Notes under the pieces: generated by a model
Seen by the model: only the letters and a program-made list of their open reading frames with translations
What the model was told of the DNA's origin: nothing
Databases searched by the model: none
Shown here: positions 24,931-36,903 of the stretch, piece after piece
How the letters are laid out: each line of letters opens with the position of its first letter
Position numbering within the stretch: the stretch's first letter is position 1
Position numbers and translations under genes: made by a program
Assembly (NCBI GenBank): GCA_964106915.2
Contig: OZ066922.1
Direction: 5' to 3' (one strand)
Length of the DNA: 64,000 nt
Origin: Podarcis gaigeae
Lineage: Eukaryota

Positions 24931-26373
24931 AAATAAACAGGAATGACTCATCTTTTAATTTGGCTATAAACTGCCCAGAGCCCCTTGCAGACGAGGTCAA
25001 AACCTAAATGAAATTAAATATGTAGCATTTTTTCTTCTTTATTTTAATTTGCTGCTTTACCTACAGAAGCAGATCAGGTTTTTAAAAATTCATCCCAGAA
25101 AGTGTCTAGAGTGCTCTAAAATCTTCCTAGCATATACAAGAAGGGAAATTATTAGAAGAAGCACCTTTTTATAGTACAGTGATTTACATCTAAGTAGCTA
25201 ATGAAGATATTCAGAGCATTTGCAAATAGACTTTTGGCGGATCCATGGAAATGCCAGAGTATTAGATTTTACTCAGTGATCTTACAAAGCCTCTTATCTC
25301 CTATTCAGAAAAAGTGAATGTAGAACTAATAAGATGATAGCTTTTATTGGGCCAACCAATCTTTTAAATGCCAGTAGCATTGTTTCAAGATGCATACAAC
25401 TGTTCAGTGGAAAGGCTTGGTTTCAGCCTGGGATTAAGAGTTCCACTGTGCAAGCAGAACTCACATTTCTTAGGAGCCGGCCCAGAAAATATTGTATATT
25501 ACATATTTTATTCCGTTTCTCTCTCAAAAGCTTAGGGCAGCACAGTAATGTCCACATTCTATCCTCAAAACCACCCTATGAGGTAGGTTAGGGCTAAAAG
25601 GGAGGTGGTCATTAGCTGAAGAACACCCAGTGAATTTTGAGGCTCAACAGGGATTTGAGCTCTAATCTCCCTGGTCTGAGCGCCAAACTCCGACCAATAC
25701 ACTATATGCTCGGTTGAAGTATACTAGCAAACACACACACACACACACACACAATCATTTTCACAAAGTTCTTTCCTCAAGTGTTTCCTATTTTCTTCAG
25801 ATCAAGTTTGTGAATTATTCTACAGGAATGTGATGTGAAGGGAAACTTCCTTCCTTTATGTTTTAAACATTACTCGAAGAGGATTAATTCCAAGGAATCG
25901 GAATTGATATCTATTTAGGAAGCTTTTTATTGCTTTGGCTTTCATCCCTAAAGAAACCAACACGTGATTGATGCTTTCCATCAAATTCAACTGCTGACAC
26001 CCAACCTACGTGCAGCAAGTTAGCATTGTAGTTCTGTAACTCAATATTGCGCATGTACGTAAGAACACTTAACACTTTATTTCAAATACAGTTGCTATAG
26101 CTGTTAAATATCACTGGTGCCTTCTTACAGAAGCACAAGGATAAAACTTTTGTGTGGCTACATACCTTTCGCCAGGTCCATCTTATACTGTGTTCACTCC
26201 GTCAAATGATTAAAAAAATAAAAATAAAATCCATGCAATCTGATGTAGCATTAGCAAAATGCAACAATACCCATAGTTGTTAGGAAATGTGTAAGTATAA
26301 TGTTTTGTTTTGGCTGCAAAACCATATTGCTAGCCTCTATGGAGAAAAGGTAACCAATTCAGAACAAGCTAAA

Positions 26374-26537
26374 CAGGCATGTCCCAAGTCCATCTCGGGG
26401 GCCTAATCCGGCCGCTGGTCCATTTAATCCAGCTCAGCAACTTCAATCTTAACAAAAGTTCAACAACTTTGGTTGGCCCTCATGCATGTTCACTTCATCA
26501 AATCTGGCCCTCTTTGAAAAAAGTTTGGGTACCCCTG
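26374..26537. mobile_element. hAT MITE
   Basis: CAGGCATGTCCCAA...AAGTTTGGGTACCCCTG flanked by AGCTAAA repeats. Confidence 0.7.
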
Positions 26538-29500
26538 AGCTAAACAGATGGGATAAAAAAAAGGGACAACCCCCCCCCCCCCATGCTTAATGTAAATCGG
26601 ATGTCCCAGTTTCCTCAAGTGCTTTAAAATATTGCACCAGATACGTTCGGCTTACCACTGCTTTGCACATTACTTTAAATACATCCATGAGACTGGCAGG
26701 GCAACCCTATGCATATCTACTGCATATATTCCATTGAATTAAATAGGACTTACTCTAGGAAGTGTACATAGGATTGCTGCCTTAGCTCTCAAATCAAAGG
26801 CTACACACATTACTTCTTTGGAAGTATACTAAAGTGGAGCCAGAACTGGGACTGTCTTAAATCTCATTTATGTCGCTTGCCTAGATGTTGCTTAAAGTGA
26901 TGAAAGCAAATTTGTCCTGCATGACATACTTAATTGAAAACAGGTTGCTCAGAACAAAAGGGTTAGGAAGTGTACATTCATTTTGATTGGTCTTAAATGT
27001 CTGGATATCTGGGGGGGGGGGGGGGAAATCACCAATAGATTTATACAATCCATTCCATTTTCTTACTGAAATAGTCAATTTGCCAATTAATACTCAGCAG
27101 GAATATGAGACATTTTCAGCATAAGCTATGCATGTCTACTCAAAAGTAAGTGTCACTGATTTTAATGGGACTCACTCCCAAGTAAATGAGTAACTGAGAG
27201 AGGATTTTAGACGCTAAAGGTAAGTAAGCATTTGTACAGAGCTATTCCCACTGTCCCCAGGTAGGTTTGGAAATAGGCATTTAATGAGGTTTTATAGCAA
27301 GCCGGAAATTTAACAAACCACCCCAATGGGATCTAATATCGTTTCGGTTGACAAGATGGTAACCTCTTTTTACTCACACTCAGTAAAACCATCTTTTATC
27401 ACTTGGCCAAAGCTTTGCCCTGTGATACAATATAGAATAACTCTAAGGAACATGAGAAGGTTATGAAACAATTTCCGCTCAGTAAGGAGAAATTTTTTTA
27501 CTTAAACAATGACTCCATTCTCCATCCCTTGCAGATAGCCATTCTAGCTACTGAACCAATATGTAGCAAATATGGAATTATTTGTGCTTTAGTCTAACAA
27601 ATTTACATAGCTATGCCAGATAAAGGTGAAACAGAATTGTTTTGCATTACATGTGATGTGGATATTTGGCTCCACTTGCCTTCTGTTCACTAATGTCTGT
27701 TTTAGTCTTAGCTTTCTTCCTAGGTTCTCTTCCCCACTATTAAACTCACAATTAGTGATGCAGTTATGCAAACTACAGTTCCCAGGATTGTGGGGGGGGG
27801 GGGAGTCATGTACTTTAAATGCATATCAGATGTGCTTTCAATGTGTGGTATGGATCTTCCCTTACTTTTAAACTGTGTTAATGTATTTCCCTCTCCTCAC
27901 ATCTTTCCTCATTTCATGCTTTACAAATTCTACATTCCTGATATGTTGGGGCAGGGGAGGAGGAGAGAGTTGGCAACCCTGATAAAAGCCTCTAATAATT
28001 GCAAAGTTTCATATTTAAGGCTGCAATTTAACCTTACATATCTAGGAATAAGTTGCACTTAATTCACTAAGACTTCTGAGTAGATATGGTTAGGGTCGAA
28101 CTCTTAGGCTGCGGTCCTTTAGCCACTTGCCTGAGAGTAAGTCCCATTAACAGGGCTTACTTCTGAGTAGACATGGCTAGCGTTGCACTGTTAAGCTCAC
28201 ATACATACTGTATATTTAGTTCCTGTCATGTGCTGTTTGCGTAGGTAGTCTACCTGCAGATGTACTTACAGTGCCACTATAACTATGGTGATGACAGAAT
28301 TCTGGCTCAAAAGTCTAGCCCTGATGGTGCCACAGACGAAAACCCTCTGAGGCAGATGAGGTTGAAAGATAGCAACTGGCTCAAGATAATGCAGTGAACT
28401 TCACAACAGAGCAGGGATTAAAAACCTGTGTCTTCCCAGTCTGAGTCCAACACCTCTCTAAGGTCCAGAGAGGCCTGGGGTCACTTCCAGCTTCCCTGTC
28501 CACAATAAAGATTAGAACTGCTGACACACACAAACAATATAAAGCACCAAAATATGAACGGGACACTACAATGAAACAATTCTCTACCTTTCAACACACA
28601 CTTGACCCAGCCACTAGTAGTGCTCTGTTTATATAATCAGCTGATCTGAGTTTATCACAGTCTAATTTTGTGCCATTAGTTCTGATATGCTTTTATTAAT
28701 AACTATGACAGTAGGACAAGATCTGTATCCGTCAGTAAACACATCATGTCTTTTACCAAATCACATCTCTTATTTACTTAAATTTGCCGCATGTGCCACA
28801 TTTTGGGCTGATGTGCATGAAAACAAATTGTGAAACTTATCAAACACACACACAAAGCAAGTGTCTAAATTTTGAGGCCCCCTTTGAGCTTGAGATTCAG
28901 GCCAAACTGTCCTTCTGTCCTTCAACACCAGCCCATGGAACACCACACTGGCTTTCCCATCTCTTTCACGGCAACAGAATGGTCTCGTTGAGCCAGGTCA
29001 CTCAGCTTTTTCTAAATGTAAGCAGCAACTTCTAGGAGTTAGAAAAATGATCCCTGTGGTGAGAGCAGCTTTGGCTGCCACATCAATGAATGGACAGCTC
29101 ACAAAATATGTTTCCCTGCATGTGGGCCTGCCCACAGATGTCCAGTAATGGGTCTCTTTGCTGGGATATAACTATGGAGTCAACATGCCCATAGATGCTA
29201 CGAAGATATTTACACAGACACATGAGATTTAAGGCGCATCTGTATGGTCGTTCTGAAGAGAGACAAGTATACGCATGCACAGGGGACAATAGATTAGACC
29301 ATTTTTATGTTTCAAAAAACAAACAAAAGCCCCCCTGACTCCTAGGTCAGAGTCAGGAGACGGGAGGGTATGCAGAACTAGGACAGAACTTGCAAGGTTG
29401 AAGGCAGAGAATCTGGATTGAACCTCTCAGATCAGGGCAAAGCTATGTGATTCAGTAGCGTTTATTGGCACCAACCCTTTTGGTTTAGCACACAAGCAAT

Positions 29501-29539
29501 GAACTGGCAAGAGGGAATGCCCAAGTCCTGTTTTTCTTT

Positions 29540-31310
29540 CTTTCTTCTTCTTCTTTGGCGATCACTCATCGCTGAGTAAGATTGTCTTCCATAAACAGGG
29601 TTTTAACAATGAGTCCGTAAATGTGATGGCCTGGGACTCGGGCTCAGACTCAGAACCAGAGAAGTCTCAGTCTGCACCGGATCCTTTGCTTCAGGCATCA
29701 TCTGAACCAAGTCTGGGGCCTGATCCCGAAGAGTCCCAGTCTGCACAGGTTCCCCTGCAACAAACACCAGCTGGGCCGAGTCAGGTGCCCGAGCCTGCCC
29801 TAGCTCCAGATGGGGGGATTACCTCGTTGCCTTCAGCTGGGCCATCACTTTCAGCTGCTCCACTACAGGTTGGGCCAGGGGAGGCTGAGGCGGCCCCTGG
29901 GTCTAGTAATCCACCGACGTCTCCCGAACTGCAGAGACTAAGGTCTGAGAGAAGGAGAGACCTGAGTACTTGCAGGAGGAGTGCTCACCTTCGGGCGAAA
30001 CAGGGAGGTGAGTCGCTGGGGGATCAGGACTGGCCATTACCCTGACAAAGATAAAAGGCTGTCGGACCCCGCCCCAGGTTGCGGGAGCAACATTGCTTTA
30101 TGACAGACCCTGCCTGAGATTCTGTACCTGTCCTTGTCTGGTTTCCTGTCTCATGCCCTGCCTTGACCCTGTCAGACCGACTCCTAGTGGAACCTATGGA
30201 TTCTGGACTGGACCTGGACTGTGGTTTTTGGGTTACCCCCGGGCCCAGCACAGTAAGTGACTGTGGAGGTTAATTCTGGATCCACATGTCCTTCCACATT
30301 GGGGACATTGGTTTCCGGGCGGGAGTTGATCACGGTGTGAATTTGCCAAACGTGCCTTCCTCTTAGCATGTTTCTCCCTCGCGTCCTGTGTTTGAGTGTC
30401 TTCAAAGCCCATGACACCTTTGGTAAAGGCTGTTCTCCAACTGGAGCACTCGCTGGCCAGTGCTTCCCAGTTGTCAGTGTTTATGCTACATTATTTTGGA
30501 TTTGCCTTGAGACAGTCTTTAAACCTCTTCGGAATAGAGTAGTTGCTTTGGAAGACGATCATCAGGCATCTGCACAACATGACCAGTCCAACAAAGTTGA
30601 TGTTGATGTTGAAGAATCATTGCTTCAACACTGGTGATCTTTGCTTCTTTCAGTACACTGATATTAGTTTGTCTGTCTTCCCAAGTGATGTGTAAAATTT
30701 TTCAGAGACACCATTGATGGAATCTTTCGAGGAGTTGGAGATGGTGTTTATAAGTGGCCCATGTTTCACAAGCATATAGTAAGGTTGGTAGTACAATAGC
30801 TTTGTAAACAAGCATTTTGGTTTCCCTGCAAATGTCCCAGTCCTCAAACACTCTCCCCTTTAATCGGGAGAAAGCCGCACTCACAGAGCTCAGGCGATGC
30901 TGGATTTCAGCATCAATGTTGGCCCTTGTTGAAAGATAACTGCCTAGATAGGAGAAGTGATCAACATTTTCCAGCGTTACACCACTGAGTTGGATTTGTG
31001 GTGCTGCAGAGGGGTTATTTTGTACTTGTTGGTATAGTACTTTGGTTTTTTGGATGTTGAGTGAAAGGCCAAGCTTTCCGTAAGCTTCTGCAAAGGTATT
31101 TAGGATGGTTTGGAGGTCATCCCCTGAGCGTGCTCACACTACGTTGTCATCAGCATACTGAAGCCCTATGATGGAAGTTACAGTAACTTTATTCTTTGCT
31201 TTCAGCCTGCTCAGATTGAAGAGCTTTCCATCTGTTCGATATATGATTTCTACTCTGGTCGGGAGTTTCCCTTCGACAAAGTGTAGGATCATGGCAATGA
31301 AAATAATGCT
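29540..31310 (-). mobile_element. Decayed RTE-clade LINE (third lineage), interrupted by a solo LTR
   Basis: YRTDGKLFNLSRLKAK, QYADDNVV, TKMLVYKAIVLPTLLYACETW; (GAA)n tail at ~29540; boundaries approximate. Confidence 0.82.
29622..30252 (+). mobile_element. Solo LTR (probably Gypsy/Ty3) carrying a 140-codon ORF
   Basis: TG...CA ends with short inverted termini (TGTGATGGCC / GGCCCAGCACA). 5-bp TSD GTAAA 29617-29621 vs GTAAG 30253-30257. TATA-like GATAAAAG at ~30050. Splits the RTE element cleanly. Confidence 0.8.
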
Positions 31311-34300
31311 TCTACATTTGTCCAAGATCTTACAACTATTTAAATTCCATAAATATTATGTTTTTATGAGCACTGGAGGAGTCTTTTCGTGGACCGCAGT
31401 TTAGCCCCTACTAGCCAGCTAGTTTGCTGTAAATGTTCCAGGGACCCAGAGTTAGGACTAAACTAAAATTATGTGAAGCTCCCAAGAAAGATGTGATGTT
31501 CCCATAGGATAACTTATGGCCTATATCCTGCCTCTAGTGATACAGATGTTGCCACCCACACTGGTCTCCCCATGGACTTTCCTTTTCCTCTGCCAACAGC
31601 TTCTATGTTTTGTTTTAGTTTTTGGTTGGGGCTGCTGGAAACCTAAGGCAAAACAGAGCAAGGAAGCTCAGGTGGTCTTGGTTGAACTTGCATTCCTAGG
31701 CAGGGAAAGGCTGGGAAGCAATTCTTGCCAATTTCAGTATTTAATTCAAATCTAAATTCATTCTGCTTACATGAAGGATTAGTTCATACTGTGCCCTGTC
31801 GAGTCTGTTCTACATATAGTGTAATGCAGGAGCAAACCTCAGTTCACGTTGTTCCACATTTACATGCAGTATGAACATTTTGTACGGACATGCATCTAGG
31901 TGTATATACACTCATGCAGCATTGTACAAACTCATCAGTTCACATGTGTATGTTGGACATTTTAGGGATGCATCATCATTAAAATTAGATAACACTATAG
32001 GCTATGGGTTGTAATGAGCCAGGAAAGAGGAGCCACAGAGAAGTCAATAATCCAGACTGATAAATTAATCAGGACCAAAGGACAAAACAGGAGGCAGGAT
32101 AAGGGAGCAAGCCAGGACAAGCAAAAGCATAGCACTCAAGTAAGGCTTAACTGAAACAGGAAACCCCATGATAGTTCTTCCTGTCCAGAAGGATCCAATA
32201 GCCAGCCTTGATGATGGGATATTGTCCAGAATTTGGAAGATACTCTCCCGATAGGTAGATGGTACAACATGCAGTTCAGTGAGTCATCATATGGCAGTCA
32301 CACAAACTCAAAAGGCTCCAAGTATGAGCCAAGTAGAGGTAGCTCCAAATTTCTTTTATTATCAACAGTTGGCACCTAAATCATATAGTGACGAGACAGT
32401 ACATTTTGGCAAAACAAGCACAGGATTAGAAGGCAAAAAACTTCTGAAAGGAGGGTTTAATGCAAGCCAGGGCTCAGCCTCAGACTGTGTTGTGACTGTG
32501 GTTTGAATGCCAGTCAACATTGCTTGCTTCAGAGTATTACAGAATAATTTGTCTTAGCCGCACCCTGTGAAAAGGCAGAATTCCAGAAATGTATGTCTCC
32601 CTCATGATGCCATCGTCCACTACATGGCCACGAATCCAAGATAGCTACTCAAGATGGCTACCCCACCGCCTTCCCCTTGACAATCCTATGCTGTATAGGG
32701 TTTTCCCTCTGTGCATGAATGAATGAATCAATTTATTTTGGCATGATGTGTTCCCCTCCAGAAAGGCTGATGGGCCCCATCAGGTTTATGTAGCAGCAGC
32801 AGCAGCAGCCAGGCAATTTGGAAAGGCCCATTTGAATTTCCAAGAATGCCCCTGTTGTATCATTCTAAGGCATTGTGGGTCATTTAGCATGGTGGCTCCA
32901 CATGGCTTGGCATGGGAGACCAGCACAGTGGTGGCCTCTGCCATATTTCTGAAGGCATAGCTAGCTGCCCAAGGATGCCATATGCCAAACCTGATGAACA
33001 AAGTTGTGAAAACCAGCTTTGCTCCACTGATCAGTTAGGATTCATCTGAGAGTAAGGGAAGCTTCTTCATTCTGAAATATTCCTAGCTGGCTAAAGAATA
33101 CTTGCTTTCAGCTCTCCTCATACTGCCCAAGAAGAGCGTCCCATGGACCATGATGTCACAGAAACGCAGGGGAGAGAGATCACCAAAGTTTAGGTGATCC
33201 TTTACTTGCATTTCGACAACTTCATTGTCCAAGGGACATTCCTCTCATGGGGAACAGGGGAAGTAAGTGTTTGTGCAGTAAGTGTGTGCAATTCTATTTG
33301 TATCTAGCTCCATCCATTGCTGAAATGCAGTCTTTGGTGGAATCTACACACATGTTAAAAACGCTGTGAAAATGCTTTTTAAAAAAAGTTTTGAAAAAAT
33401 ATATTGAATTTGCCATAGCTCACCATCACCATCTAGTGTCACAATTGTATATTGCGCTTTACAACACATTCAAAACGTTTAATTTGCAGCTGTATAGCTG
33501 AGACCCTTGACATCGGTCCATGGGGGTAATACGGCAAGATAAGTGGGAGAGTAATTTGAGATGCAGACCAGAAGTGAACTGCCCTCATTAGAGTCTGAAA
33601 TTCCAATGATATCCAGAGGACTGCCATACAGTCCCCAGCCCTGTTAAATAGAAGACATTGAAGTTTAGTGAAGGTAGTCGCAGTGAAGCCAACATTACTA
33701 AAATCTTAAACCTACTGTTTCATTTTAGCTTGTGGATTGAAGATTCCTGTGTTACTGTTATAAAGTCTGCATCTCACACCCTGAGACTAAGGCTGAAAAG
33801 ATAAAAGCATGAAATTGTTATTTTGTCAAAGCTTCACTCTTGAAAACACTCTTTAAGTGTATAATCACTTCCAATAACCATAGAAAATCAACACCATGTA
33901 GAACCCCCTGGATTCCATTGTACCCTTGATTTGTTCATGTTCTGCAATAACCTCAAAATTGATACTTTCACAGTGCTGTTCATATTTACATTCTAGTTTC
34001 CGGCGAAATGCCATACATTTCTCTTATCCAGCAACAGAAAAGACTAGGAGGACATGAAATGCAATCCCCTGCCTTCATTCAGAATCTTCCACATTCTCCC
34101 TAATAATTCAAACTACAGATATCACAAGGAGAATACACGGTCACCCTAAGTTCCCTATATGAAGAAATGAATCCTGCCTTCTACAGCTCTACAAGCCACT
34201 AGGATCTGGGAGATCCATGTTCACATCCCCAATCAGCCATGAGCCTCAATTGGGGAACATAAGCCAGAGGCCTATCTATTCCAGCTTTCTATTTTCTTTA

Positions 34301-35325
34301 GCAATCAGATTCTTCTTGGAAGTCCCGCTGAAGCCTCTCCTGCTGTTGTTCTCCAGGACCTGATTTTCAGAGACTTGTTGCCTCCAATTCTGGAGGTAAC
34401 ATATGGACATCATTAGTTGGGTTTACAATATTTTACAGCCATTTACAGTCTTGGGACTATCACTACCTTGGGGCAGTCTTTCAGTTTATTTTATCACATA
34501 GGGTTGTTCTGAGGACAAACAAAGGAAGGAGACAGACTCATATCTACCATGAATTCCTCTGAGGAAGATTGAGATAAAAATGTAATAAATGACTAAAGCA
34601 AATAACTTAAGAGGGAAGGCAAGACATTTCCCTCTGGAAGAACATGATTTGAAGGATGCAATCCTTTGCACATTTACTTAGGAATAAGTTCCCAAACACA
34701 TTGGGACATTCAGCTGAGTATATATGCACAGGACTGGGGTGTTAATCTCAAATACAAAAATTAGGCAACTTGAGTTAGGAGGCAGGAACTTAGCACTGAT
34801 CTGCATCACACCCATTACCCTTCCTCTACTTGGGGTTGTACCATCTGGGAAAACCTCCAATGAGTTGATTTAAAAAGTATGTCAAATAAGCCGACAGTAC
34901 TTGTGTTCTGCTGCTAACTCAGTTATAATAGTGAATGTACGAAAGTAATAGTGTTTTAAATTAATTTTGTACTTGGTAACTTGCACTGGAACACAAATTT
35001 ATAGAGCCTCTAAATGGTATTTGCATTTTAAAAAAAAGTTTGAATGAGTTTGGTAGAAGATTGGTAAGAAATGTGTTAAAGATCATGGGTCAGATCACTG
35101 ACCTATAACCCATCACTTCTAGGATTCCTTTCAACAGAAGAAGAGGAGAACCTTTGGTTCCAGCCCTATCTTTTCTACACAAAGTTAGTGGGGAAAATTC
35201 TTTAACTATTTGATGACACTGCCATCGTTCAGCCCCATCCCAGGTGCTGAAAAGCCTGTGCTAGAGGGGAAAATGGCGCATTTACTTCTCCACATATCCA
35301 CATGTCCGCAAGTTACCAAGTACAA

Positions 35326-35680
35326 GGGATGCGGGTGGCACTGTGGGTTAAACCACAGAGCCTAGGGCTTGCCAATCAGAAGGTCGGTGGTTCGAATCCC
35401 CACGACGGGGTGAGCTCCCGTTGCTCGGTCCCTGCTCCTGCCAACCTAGCAGTTTGAAAGCACATCAGAGTGCAAGTAGATAAATAGGTACCGCTCCGGT
35501 GGGAAGGTAAACAGCGTTTCCGTGTGCTGCTCTGGTTTGCCAGAAGCGGTTTAGTCATGCTGGCCACATGACCTGGAAGTTGTACGCCAGCTCCCTCAGC
35601 CAATAAAGCGAGATGAGCACCGCAACCCCAAAGTCGGCCACGACTGGACCTAATGGTCAGGGGTCCCTTTACCTTTACCT
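35326..35680 (+). mobile_element. Sauria SINE
   Basis: Very similar to the 7824 copy; B box and ACCTTTACC tail; no clear TSD. Confidence 0.92.
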
Positions 35681-35992
35681 ATGTCCACATTGTTGGTGCA
35701 ATATATGTTATATATTAAACAGAGAATTTTAACAGAGAAGATCCAAGTTTGGGGTAAAGTACTCTTTGAATTACTGCTGGAGTTCTCTCACCAAAGTCAC
35801 AAAATAGGCAGCAAAGTTAAACATGGACTGCCAGACATTTAAAATATGTTTCCCTCCAAGTGAGTTCCAAAATGTCCCCTTAAATAATTACTTTCCAAAG
35901 TTTCCTTCTTCCCCAGCATAGGAAAAAGACCACGTTTGGTAAATGGGCTATTTACAAAGTCCTTAAATGTCAGAGTAACATGCTTCAGAAAA

Positions 35993-36177
35993 AACAAAAC
36001 AAAATTCCTTCCAGTAGCACCTTAAAGACCAACTAAGTTAGTTCTTGGTATGAGCTTTCGTGTGCATGTACACGAAAGCTCATACCAAGAACTAACTTAG
36101 TTGGTCTTTAAGGTGCTACTGGAAGGAATTTTGTTTTGTTTTGACTATGGCAGACCAACACGGCTACCTATCTGTAA
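35993..36177 (+). mobile_element. Penelope-like element 3' end with inverted 5' copy (fold-back palindrome)
   Basis: ~75-bp arms centred at 36066/36067; tail GACTATGGCAGACCAACACGGCTACCTATCTGTAA shared with the 61.0 kb copy; 13-bp TSD ATGCTTCAGAAAA at 35980-35992 and 36178-36190. Confidence 0.85.
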
Positions 36178-36617
36178 ATGCTTCAGAAAAGTTGCACAGG
36201 CAGTAAAACTTAGCTTAGATACAAAGTGTTCCTAAATTATTGGTATAGGCTGTGGTGTGGTGTGGTGTGTTTTTTTTCTAGAGAAAAGGGTGCTGTAACA
36301 CACCTTCCTCAGAAGACCCACCCCAGAGCCCAAAGAGCTCTGGGCTCTTTGGGCTGAGGGGTGGGGTCTACTCTCCAGCAAGAGCCTTGCAGAGGCTGCT
36401 CCACTGAGGCATGGAGAGGCTTCTGTGCCTCAGCTGAGCAGCTTAACAAGCCCACCCACCCCCAGCTTCTGTGAACTGGAGCTGCATGGGGATTTGCTCA
36501 GCTGAGGTGCAGCTTTCCTGCACATCAGCTGTTAGCTGGAAGGCTGCAAAGCCTCACTGCACCTCTGGCTCACGAGAAGACCCTCTCCGAGGCCCATGGA
36601 GGATGCCCCCTTCAGGC

Positions 36618-36903
36618 TAATAATAAAAATAAAAATAATACCCCACCCATCTGGCTGGGTTTCCCCAGCCACTCTAGGCTGCTTAGAGCACATAAAAAAT
36701 TGTAAAACATTAGACATTAAAAAGTTCCCGATACAGGGCTGCCTTCAGATGTCTTCTAAAAGCCAGATAGTTGTTAATTTCCTTGACATCTGATGGGAGG
36801 GCGTTCCACAGGGCTGGTGTCACCACCGAGAAGGCCCTCTGCTTGGTTCCCTGTAACCTCACTGCTTTCAGTGAGGGAACCGCCAGAAGGTGCTCGGAGC
36901 TGG
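36618..36903 (-). mobile_element. L2-clade LINE 3' end
   Basis: RAFSVVTPALWNALPSDVK...FRRHLKAALY is a typical L2 ORF2 C-terminus; (AT)-rich tail. Confidence 0.8.

Noticed and set aside
25335-25420. TTTATTGGGCCAACC segment resembling another Penelope-type end
   Set aside because: Too degenerate; no hammerhead core or boundaries found.
35991-36142. Long palindrome as a microRNA precursor or CRISPR-like repeat
   Set aside because: Explained as a Penelope fold-back with TSD; no repeat-spacer array, and the DNA is eukaryotic.
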